From Mytilus edulis (lineage: Eukaryota), in NCBI RefSeq assembly GCF_963676685.1, contig NC_092346.1, forward strand, positions 62,806,001-62,870,000: a stretch of DNA of 64,000 bases. The letters run 5' to 3'. This document shows positions 42,901 to 53,001 of the stretch, one piece after another (positions within the stretch are counted from its first letter, which is position 1; each line of letters starts with the position of its first letter). The position numbers and the translations under genes are program-made. The notes beneath the pieces are model-generated. The model did no database searches. It was not told the origin of the DNA and worked only from the letters and a program-made list of their open reading frames with translations.

Positions 42901-45900
42901 CGAGTTTTAATTATTGCGTTTACAACTCAGTCGCATTATTCGCAATAATAAAAACCTCGCAATAATTTCTGAATTTACAGTACATGATTTTAAGGAAGAT
43001 ATCTTTTTGACATAAATTTAAGAGCATCTCTAACACTCAAACACGTACATGTTCACAAGCTAATATACATACATCATAAAAATGCAAACAAAGCAACTTA
43101 ATGAATGTACTTATATTTTTCAACAGTTGGATATAAGAATATTTTGTCTGACAGAACCTTGACATTAGACACCAGCCGTTTATCTTAAAAGGAAAAAGGG
43201 GGGAGGAAGTTTAAAAGTAATTCAGCATAGACTCTAATTTTTATTAATTTTATAACCGGATGATAAATACATCTTTTTTATTTTTCCAGATGGTTAAGTT
43301 ACTGCAGACATCAGATGTACAAGTGAGGCGGGGTAGTTTAAGAAAGGCCAATACCAATGCAAGTAAAGGTGCAACTCAAAAATCATCTTTTAAGCTGGCT
43401 AGTTCATTGCTGCCCCTGTTATTCTCTGTTGATGAACTTGCAAATTCATGTGGACAAGGTTTAAAGAAGAAAGCCAATGATGTCAGAACTCCTTTGGATC
43501 CTGTTAGAATTGGAGTCTTAAAAGGTAAGGTTTTGTATTTCTTTATATTTTGATTATTTAATATATATATGCACACCTAAAAAGCCCATAGTATAAATGT
43601 AATGGGTAGGATCTTAATCTGGTACAGGTTTATAATCAATGTGAACTATTTTCAGATCAATAGCTAAGCCAAAAGCCAAGATTTTCTTTAATTTAACAAT
43701 TCCATATATAAAGCATTGACTGAGTGAAATTCTTGAACTTAAATGTAACATATGTTAATAGTTTAAAAAGTGAAATTGACTTGTTGTTACTGTATTTTTA
43801 GTAAAACATGGAGTCAAAATCAGCTCTAAAGATAGGGAATTCAAGTCAATAATATGTCAAAATAATAAAGAAAAATACCAAATATTTATTGATAATATTT
43901 ACATTTGACCAAATTAAATCAACCAATAAAGGGATGCTCAGGAAAAAATATCTGACCTACTTATGCAGCTCACAATTTACCTGTATAACATAGACGAATT
44001 TGGTAAATTTATTTTAATTTAATCCATTATGCATGGTAATTTTAATTTATGTCTTCTTTTTTTTCAGATTATGTTACTGCTTGGTGTGCAAAACACAACA
44101 GATGCATGCAAGATTGCCAGATCAATGATGCCGTTACAGAGCAAGTCAGCTATGCCCGAAAAAAAATAAAAAAATTGTGAACTTTCTTTATATCTGAAGA
44201 ACACTGGAAAAACATAAAAATGTGACTTATAAATGAATAGGAAGAAATTGTGAAGGACTAAGATTGTCAATATTTTACATATGTACATTGTAGTAAATTA
44301 TAGTTCAAATACAGTTGGCCAGGTTTGATAACATTTTTGGTATTTAATTTGTATGAGCCCTAGATATTCTTTGCAAGAATGCATAGAAATGGTAAAAACC
44401 TCAATCTGTAGAAAGAAAAATTTCTTTCTTTGAAGGCAGATTTTTTCCCCCTTTTCTTAAGGCTGATTTTTTTTCATATTCTAAGGCGGAATTTATTTCT
44501 AATTCTTTAGGCGGAATTTTTGCCACTTTGAAAGGCGGATATATTTTCCGTCTATTTAGGCGGACATATTTTCCCTCTCTTTAGGCGGATATATTTTTGT
44601 GAAATATTTTTCCTTTTAATAAGGCGGAATTTTTTCCCCCCTAAGACAGGCGGATAAATTAGCATATTTCGGCTCTATTCCGCCTGGAACCCGCCTGGAA
44701 TCCATGTAAGAAAGATTCTTCGTGTAAAGGGTGACTTTAAAGGGATTCCCTCTAAAAAACCCGTCTAAAACCCGTCTAAAATACGCCTGGATTTTTTCGT
44801 ACAGGCAGTAGACTCAGGGCCATCAGGAACCACATTTATACAAGTCTTCACTGGACCTTCAGACCTTAATGTATGTAATCTGGTATTTTATAATTGTAAT
44901 ATCTGATAGAAAAGCCTATGTTTTAGTCATAATAACCCCAAAAATTAATTTCAATAAGCACAAGTACCAACTCTAGTCTTGAACTGTTCTCAAATGTGCT
45001 TCTCAAATAAGTGTTTGACATTTAAAGTATAAGTAATATTTTATCTAAAGTATTAATAGTTCATAGTTCAAAAAATATTGGTGTCAAGGAGCTCCTTTTA
45101 GGATATTTGATATTTAAAAAATGGGGGGAAAAGGCTGACAAGTCTTTTATCTTATATTTGCATTGATATTACATGTATTTGGGTCTGAAATTGAAAGAAA
45201 AGAAATCTAGATTTTGCTTAAATTTTGATAAGTGACCCCTTAATGAAGTCTTATATGAAAAGAAAAATGGGTTTTAGGGGGCAAAATATTTTACTGTGTA
45301 TTAATATTCACTGTGTATCATCGTACAGCGGATATAGGTACTAACCAAGCGGGCATGATAGATTTTGAACTGACACGGTAATGAAAATCTTTGTTTTATT
45401 TTATCAACATTCAGTGTACATTTCTCAACATCTGAAATTCCTGCTCCAAAATAATTTTCGCATCGATTTTTTACTTTTATATTCTAATAAGAACAATTAA
45501 CTTGTAAATGCGCAAATAGTTGCGAATGTCAACACCAACTTTCAATTTTGATACAATTGTCAAGACATTTACATGTTTTACCTTAAAGAAAGCTAATACA
45601 GGTCAAAAGTAATAGTAACCAATCATAAACCTACCTGTGATTACTCATTCCTTGAAACTTTTTGGGTAATAAACGAACATGAAATTTTTTTTTGTGTACG
45701 GTGTACCGCAACTTAACTATGCACCATAGGGCTTCCAAAACGGTCATATATTCCGGTCATTTGTATAATGTCCGGTAAAAGTCCGGCTGGGCAAAGCATG
45801 AAACGGTCATATACTTTTTATTTTTCAAGGCTTTTTCGGTCATTTTTACATAATTCACGATCTTTTTGACCCAACCTTTTGGCTTTAACATCAACACGTT

Positions 45901-48900
45901 TCCGGTCATAAATGTGACATGATGATTAATCACTATCAAAACAACACCTACTTCAATACTTTCTAATTTTAATCAAGGCTAATTAGTAGTTAGACAGCTG
46001 AAATCTACCTGTTCAGGTGACAGGTGAACTATGATCAGTACCGGACATCGTATAAATTGATCGGTTTAATCACAAATATTTTCTTACATTTCAGTGGTTT
46101 GTATCTAATTGATTTCGTTCTAAAGATTAAAATTATTAGAAATTAGTTTATCAAAATGATTTGATGAAAAATTTTAAGGTTTTAAATAAAAAATCGTCAA
46201 AACTATGTCGTATGAACTAGAACACGTGTGCGCATGTGCACAGGTGGGAAATTTAATAATGCATCCTACATTTCTTCAAAAATGCTAAAATTATCAATGA
46301 TACCTGTATCTAACGTTCAATTCAAGTATTTTGTTGAAGAAATAACGTGGAAAGAGCTTCTTCTCTCAGTCGTGCTTTGTAAAAATACACGGATTTTACG
46401 TATCCGTTTATGGTCCATGTTTTACCATTGTCAAGTCAACATCCGGTTGAAAACGAAAGTAGTTTTTGACAATGTCATTTTGCACAAATAAAAAGTCTAT
46501 GGCAGATATGAGCACGCTGATGTGCACACTTTGAATGATGCACTGCCAATTTAACAGTAACATCCTAACATCAAATTCATATCATATCAAAGTAAAGTTT
46601 AAAATCGTTTTTTTTTTTAATGTAATGTCAATCATTGGAATGGCCATCTGATTACCATAATTGCCTTTTGTGACTAAGTCTTAAGGGATTAAAATCGGGA
46701 TCAGATATGAAATGTCCGGCTGGCTCAAATATTTTTTGGAAGCCCTGCTGACCATACAGAAGGATTTGTGTGGTCAGCTAAACACCGTACACAACGCTTC
46801 TTTTCGAAAAAAAATATCGAAAAAAACATATGCATGAAAGATTTCAATGTCAATTATTGATATAACTATACTTATTACACACGCATAGTGGCCTATTATC
46901 AGAAAAAGAGTTGCAATGAATATAGAATTATATCGGGTGAGACGAGAGCCAACTTCTTTGACAAGTATTTGCACATGTTTTTAGTAATCATTCTTGTTTT
47001 GGGAAAATAATGAGACATCTCTAATCATTAACCTATGACCAAATCATTTCTTAAAACAACAATTATGTTTAGATTGAGGTACACATTGATATTATGTGCA
47101 CAAAACAAAGATTTTCGTTACCGTGTGAGGTCAAAATTGATCACTCCCGCTTGGTTAGTACCTATATCCGCTTTACTGATGATACAAGTTGATATTGAAC
47201 AGTTGTAACAATTTGAATAAATTATTAAAAAAAAATTAAAAAATTATAATATAACTAGTGTCTGATTCTGTTGTCATTACTAAATCTCATAAATAATAAA
47301 ACTTGTTGTGCTGTAATGTGTGTTTAATTGATAGGTATGGGCTATAGATAACAGAAGGCAGACTTATGTCAGGATTGGTATAACAGATGACATGCCTATC
47401 GGAACAGAATGGATTCACATCCCTGGTAAGTTCATAGCACAATAGTCAATACACAATTTTTTTGCATTCATCATTACTGCAATTAAAAACAATTTAGAAT
47501 ATGTTTTTGTCCTGGTTATTACCAAATTCCTTCATGCTTGATTCTAGATCAAGCTTAATGAAATTGCTGTCAATCGCTGTAAAATATATGGCCCTATATC
47601 TGGAAAACAAAAATTTCACAGCATGTAAATGTTAGATTTATTGCTTAGATGTGTATATTATAATGGAGTACTTATACTTGATATTGTTGTCATATTAGCT
47701 TCCATTTCTTTCATATTTTCTAGCCAAAAATGAGATAGCTCTGCTTTACTGCCATGATTAAGAGATTTCGGATTTAAACATTGTTGAAATGTCAAGTTAC
47801 CTGATTTGGTGTGTTTATTGTTAGGAGTATTGCTAGAGTGTTTTTATATTTGGTTTGTTGTTGCATTAGCATTCTTGAGTTTTAATATCCAGAAGAAAAT
47901 GATAAAAATGTACCTTTGATATATGTGGTGAAATAAAGGATTTAGCGAGATTTTTTTCTCAAACAAAAATAATTTCAAATCAACTTGTATACTGCATTCA
48001 GTGAATTTGATGTCCTGTAAGAACTATACATAGACTATTTCAATCTGTTCTTGATCTCTTTTTAATTTTAGATTTTCAAAACTTTGATTTATTAATGAAT
48101 GTTAATATCTGATGTAATTAATTTTCAGGCATTCAAGCACAAGAGCTTGCCATAAGCAATACATTTCTGTGGGCCTTGGACCCAAATGGAGAAGTACTTT
48201 GTCGTCATAATATAACTAAAGATAATCCAGGGGGAGACTACTGGAGAAAGATTCCTGGAATATTTCTCCACATCTCATGTAAGTATCTCATATATCAAGC
48301 TAACAAATATTTCTAATAATGAATATTTGCCCAGATCTTATGTAGTTCTATCATATATCAAAATAACATTTATTTCTAAATTGTCAAAATCTCATAATAT
48401 TACTTCCTATATCTATAGAACATTACTTTCTAAAAAGAAAAATTTGTCAAGATCTTATAGTATTAGTTTCTATATCTATAGAACACATTCATTACCTTCT
48501 TATCAGGAATATTTTTTCATGCCAAATGGGACTGTCAGATATCAATACAAAAATTGATAGAAACGAATCAAGACAAATTACATGTGTATGTACCGGTAAG
48601 CAACTACCAGTCACTGTAAGTCCTTAAACAATGTGTCAAACTCACACTGTATAGACACCTACAAAAGGTCTTGACATGTCAACATGTAAATTGTTTTCAA
48701 AAGTTATAGTAAAGGAAGTCATCGTATACATCAGATTTTAAATTTCCATATGCCCTTATACTTCAATAACATTAACAAAAGTATCCAAATATTTGCACCA
48801 CCTTCAATTGTCAGTCCCCACACACATTTAATCGAGCTTTTTTGAGACATTATAAAAGCATTCTTTAGTTAGTAATACAAATAGGCCTAATTGTGAACTA

Positions 48901-49113
48901 TTGAAAAATTGCACAGAGGCTCAGTTTTTCATTTAAAATAATATACACTGTATTTCAGGTTCTGTAAATGACCAGTTGTGGGCAATAGGCCGTGAAGGAC
49001 AGATTTTCTGTAGAAAAACAAGATATCTATTACGTAAAGATTCGCCACAGGATGCTCAAAAAGGCAGAAAATCATCAAATTTATCCATCAGTGAAGACTG
49101 GGAATTAGTGTAA
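15954..49113 (+). CDS. TECPR2: Tectonin beta-propeller repeat-containing protein 2 (~1575 aa if the transposon is spliced out)
   Basis: GT-AG exons with consistent phases: 15954-16199, 16980-17108, 19038-19169, 20915-21078, 22131-22564, 23115-23720, 24188-25733, 26028-26246, 28829-28964, 29706-29907, 30418-30507, 31148-31375, 31814-31947, 44805-44870, 47335-47425, 48129-48278, 48959-49113. N-terminal WD40 region (GKFGAVFIPGLCK..LYACRPGLRIW), disordered middle, TECPR repeats (VWAID..YVRIGITDDMPIGTEWIHIPG) and terminal LIR EDWELV. Confidence 0.93.
17895..18052. mobile_element. Short MITE (hAT-like termini)
   Basis: Inverted termini cccgtagccagg / cctggctacggg; flanking direct repeat caact, extendable to caactcata. 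Confidence 0.7.
18108..18447. repeat. Minisatellite, 55-bp unit with shorter 43-bp variants, ~7 copies
   Basis: The unit tattttactccgagccaggttaaacaggcttacattcactaataagattagaaca starts at 18201, 18256 and 18311; shortened units follow at 18358 and 18401. Confidence 0.9.
19188..19510 (+). mobile_element. Internally deleted HINE related to the 27132-28436 element
   Basis: Shares ccatcactt, aaaaatcttctcctctgaaactactg and the 3' tgagcga..caggctct hairpin. Confidence 0.65.
21534..22061. mobile_element. Degenerate MITE, Kolobok-like ends
   Basis: Imperfect inverted termini aaaggggtagatctgttaagggctgattttggcc / ggccaagaagggcttttactgggcctactccttt. Confidence 0.55.
27132..28436 (+). mobile_element. 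HINE with (gtc)n microsatellite and two ~507-bp core repeats
   Basis: Start tttttagctcacctggcccgaagggccaagtgagc; cgtcgtcgtccgtc tract; core repeat starting at 27244 and 27751; end aggtgagcgacacaggctctttagagcctctagt. Confidence 0.85.
31960..32340. repeat. Left subterminal repeat array of the CACTA element
   Basis: AGGCGGAATTT core in ~40-bp tandem units (32228, 32268, 32308, with degenerate copies at ~32148 and ~32187) plus dispersed copies in both orientations. Confidence 0.9.
33073..36617 (-). CDS. CACTA/EnSpm-type DDE transposase, 2 exons (36617-36354, 35520-33073), ~903 aa
   Basis: Donor ATG|GTAGGT and acceptor TTATTTCAG|CTG join in frame with no stops. Motifs: basic NLS KKKRKR, CGHC..CPYEFC zinc finger, FNTDG..SVWP..INELP, TADLPAR, IDYMH, WKASE, NIHQLLH..GPL..SCFSFE. 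Confidence 0.93.
35612..35905 (+). mobile_element. SINE-like host repeat in the transposase intron
   Basis: gtgcctgtccca..tcaggag..gtaattcagtggttgtc...gttgtctcattggcaatcatacca. Related pieces lie at 40295-40390, 60840-61160, 62320-62460 and, inverted, at ~21396-21445. Confidence 0.75.
36618..37211. promoter_or_regulatory. Putative bidirectional promoter of the transposon
   Basis: 594 bp between the divergent ATGs. Contains a 32-bp direct repeat (37077-37108, 37124-37155) whose second copy runs into a YY1-like GCCATTTT. Confidence 0.55.
37212..44180 (+). CDS. Transposon accessory gene encoding a C-terminal BEN-domain protein, 6 exons, ~776 aa
   Basis: Phase-consistent GT-AG exons 37212-37371, 39340-40188, 40912-41048, 41669-42505, 43290-43524 and 44068-44180. 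The C-terminus LASSLLPLLFSVDELANSCGQG..PLDPVRIGVLKDYV..INDAVTEQVSYARKK fits the BEN pattern (LFs.EELa.S..G..LDp..i..ik). Confidence 0.85.
41951..42451 (+). repeat. Coding minisatellite, 69 bp x ~7.3
   Basis: Encodes 23-aa units of PSPLNSQHQPPNIQSSTFSSHQS within the BEN gene exon. Confidence 0.95.
42775..42980. mobile_element. Tc1/mariner-type MITE nested in a BEN-gene intron
   Basis: Perfect 23-bp TIR ctgtaaattcagaaattattgcg with a TA duplication on both sides. Confidence 0.9.
44430..44790. repeat. Right subterminal repeat array of the CACTA element
   Basis: AGGCGGA at ~44485, 44509, 44533, 44559, 44583, 44622 and 44648 (~24-25-bp spacing), followed by inverted ccgcct/ccgtct copies. Confidence 0.9.
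45314..47186. mobile_element. 1.87-kb non-autonomous DNA transposon with ~85-bp TIRs
   Basis: tgtatcatcgtacagcggatataggtactaaccaagcggg...cacggtaatgaaaatctttgtttt is inverted at 47101-47186; no long ORF inside. Confidence 0.8.
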
Positions 49114-52100
49114 AAGATTAACTTTGAATGAAATTAAACTTTTTTTTCATAGACATAATACACTTAATTTCAAAATTTTTGTGGAAGAGCTCATATTATG
49201 AATTGAGAGGTTCTAAATTTAGAAGGAATACATTTTTATGAAGAACTTGTTCAGATATGTTGATAATGTAATGACTAACGGGTATAAGGTAATTTTTCTA
49301 GCTTTTTCTAGTCATTTGAATAAGTAAAATAAAAAAAATAGGGTTGTAAAAAATAGAACTGCCAGCATTTATTACTGGACAAGAATCAATACCATGACCT
49401 GTATTTTATGCAGAACCCAAATGTGATTATAAATCAGGCTATAGAAAACTTTTTGGAAAAAAGTTGAAACTATTTTTGTTCAGGAATATTTATGAAAAAG
49501 TGAATTTCTGATGATAACAGTACAGTGTTTTACATCAATAACACTTTAGGTTAAAACAGTATTATATTTCTTTTTTATTCATTTTTTTCCATAATTTCTA
49601 TAGTGTCTATAAATCTACTCAGCATATAACATATAATTATCATTCCATCATTATTTTTTTTAAACTAAAAGATATATCTTTTTAATTTATTTTTTCTTTA
49701 AATCTCTTTTGGGAATACTTTTTCACTATTTAATATATTATTTGTTATAAAAGTTATAAAAACTTGGAAAATCTTGTTTTCCATAAATTATAGAAGTTAT
49801 CAAAACTTGGAAAATCTTGTTTTCCATAAATTATGCTTATACTTATTATATTTATTTGTTTATTGATCATGTTGATGCTTCAGAGTTTGATATGAATACA
49901 ATTTTAGAAAATAATACATTTTCTGCAAATGTTTGTGTTTTCATCGTGTACTTGACCATTCGTATTGTCAACTTTTTTCAATCATAAGATATTTATTTTT
50001 TGTACAACAAATCCTTTTGTCATGAAACTTTGTTTACTTAAGTTGGTGATAGGTATTTTTCAAGACTGGTGTAAAGCTTTAATACTATTTTGTTGGCTTT
50101 GGTGCTATCCTATAGTGTGCTATGTGATTAAGTGTAGTAGCTTACATTTTGCATGTGAAATTAAAATATGACCAAACATATTACTGGGTGCACACTGAAT
50201 AAAGCGCACAGCGGGTTATTTAACAGTGTGCACCACATTTTTTATGTTATTTCGAATAGACAGAACAAATACTTATAATTTAATTCTAAATTCCATTTTA
50301 AATCGGCGTAAATCAAGAAAAAACGTTGATGACGTCATGATCACATGACAAAATTGTGTCTATGATATGATAAACAAAATGATGTCAGCCAATCAGAAGA
50401 CGTGTTACATCCAAAATTAAATTATAATGTTTTATCTTCCTATTAGATACTTATTACTAATTCATATCAGATAAACATATTGTATGAAGGCTATTGTTTC
50501 CTTAGCCTAAAAATTGATGACTTTGCTCAAGTTTCATCTCTTACTTTTGTACTTTTATTTTGGAAAACAGATTTAAAGATCATGGCTGTTTAGCACTTGG
50601 TCAGATATATTTTAAATTCAGTTTCAGAACTTTCTGGGTAATATTTCAAAAGCCTATACTTAAATGTTGTAATTAACAACATTGGAAACAGTTAATATCA
50701 AACCATTTGTGTAACATTGATTTTGAATTGCAACAAGATTAGTAAGTTTTTTTGTTGGTGTATAAGTACTGTTTCATTTTAACATGAAGCTTCTTGGCTG
50801 CCATTTCAACCAGTTCAGAATGTGAACTCTCTTCCTTATCTGATTTTGTTGATCTTTATAACAAATTAAAAAAAATCAATAGTCTAGCTATACAATAAAA
50901 AAAAACATTGCATAAAGCATGTATCTGGTGTATAAAATTAATCATTTTAGACACCCATAGGTGATGCTTAATTTTGTAAAATGGAACAAGTTGTTCCTAG
51001 CTATAGGTTTCACTGTTTATAAATGATATGTACCAGCTAGCATATTTCTGGTTATTTGCCATACATATTGAGATAATATGCCTTCAAATTATGCATATGA
51101 CATTTTTAACCATATTTGTTTGAAAAAAATACAGACATGTATTTTCTGTTTTTAATATGCTCAACCTAATTAATAGGGGCCTTTATGTTTTCCTGTCTGT
51201 GCATCCTTCTGTCCGTCCATTTGTCTATCCCATTTCAGGTTTTAAATTTTTGGTTCAGGTAGTTGAACATTAAGTTGTGCTCACTTTATCTGGAAACTTA
51301 AGTGCATGTTCTGGGTAATACATGTATGTTCATTGTCATGTGAATATTTTAAATGATGTGTTGATTTACACTTGACCCTAATACAGGGTTCACTGAAAAT
51401 CGAAACTTTAAAATGTGAGAGGAGCATATTCTGTAGACTCATATTCTTGCTTTTTTATTGACTTGCATCGTCTTTCTTGCAGAACATTGTTATATACAAG
51501 CAAATTAAATTTAAATAGATTGTATTTTTAAAATAAACTGTGATATATTAAATGTTTGTGATTTTTTGACCAAAAAAAATTAGCTTTTTGAAATATAGTT
51601 TGCAGTAGATGAAGTAAAAAGGTATTTAAAAATGTTTCTTTTTTATTTTATGGTTACTCCACTGAACTTGGGGGTAAATCTTGTAATAGTCCAGCATGCT
51701 TATAGTTTCATGTGAACTGTGTTTATTTTGTTAATTATGTTTATTTTGTTAATAAATTTGTGAACTTGATTTCAGTCTTAGAATAGAGCAGATTAAGGCA
51801 TATACATGTAATTATAAACCTAAATATAAACAGTGAATTGAAAAGATTTTTTTTTTGTTTCAAGTTGCTGACATCAGTACAGGAAAGCTATATCATGGCA
51901 ACTCTCAGAAAATATGAAGAAAAAATGTTTCAGTATCTTTGATTGTAGAGATTTCTTGTGTGCCAACAAGTTTTCAATAGCTAGTTGTTTTTCATAAAAC
52001 TTTTTGGGAAATATTTTTTTATATACAATCCATTCTATAAGTCAACTTAATCCTGATTCCCTTTCAGTTGTGAATAAGTCAGTTGTTAGTTATTTGATAA

Positions 52101-53001
52101 AGGATTTGCTATAGGGATTTACATCTTATATATACCAGTCCAAGGTGCTTGGGGCACTGAGGACTACCTTGCATCATTAACAGTTTATATTTAGTAAGAT
52201 ATTTTCAATGAAATATTTTTAGCTGAATTTCCTATATCTTTTTATTGTTATTACTTGCCCAATCTTACTTTGTTATTAGTTTAAATGTGGTGTCCCCTTA
52301 CTCTATACTGTAAATTTAGAGTAGATGGGTAGCACATATACACTTCTTTCATATAAGATTGTGTTAGTAAAAGTAAGAACACATTTAGTTATGTATTAAT
52401 GATTTGTACTTCATTTAGAAATAACTACAGGTATGTTCCTAATATAGGTAAATATTTTTAGGTCTGTTATAGTACCAGTAAGTACCATTACATTCCAAAT
52501 ATATTGTAAAGCTCAACTAGAATAATTGTGTTATTATAACCTTTCATTGTATGCATTGTAGACTCTTGTAACCATGTCATAGAGTTTTATTTTTTCACAT
52601 TTTATTTGCTGGAGTAATGTAGACTTGGATAAATTACAAAAATACAATGTATATCCTTTTTTTTTCCAATGAAGGAATCAAATGGCAAAATCATATTTGT
52701 GTGTTAAGTTCCATTCTTGTGTGAGGTTTAAGTTATTCATATACCATTAAAAGTTGGGGAAAAAGTATCTAGATATTTTTTTTTCTTGTGTATCAGAAAA
52801 ACCAACAGGACTTTTCTTCTAAAGATAATCATGTGAGGTCATGAGGATGCAAAAAGCCACCCAAAATAAGTTATAAACTTACCATTGTTTACTGGTAAAA
52901 GCCAATTACATATTGTACAGTTATGTACCAGAAACAAATAAAACAACATATTTCATGTCTATGGAGGGGTATGTGTTCAGTGAAACAGAGCTTTATAAAA
53001 A

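Larger units (their letters stand above)
31945..44805. mobile_element. Full-length CACTA/EnSpm (CMC) DNA transposon, 12,861 bp, inserted in a TECPR2 coding exon
   Basis: 2-bp target duplication CA (31943-44 and 44806-07). Imperfect TIR CCCGTATGAGAA versus right-end reverse complement CCTGTACGAAAA. AGGCGGA subterminal arrays at both ends. Encodes a CACTA-type transposase. Removing the element plus one CA restores ...W-L-P-V-D-S-G... in frame. Confidence 0.93.
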
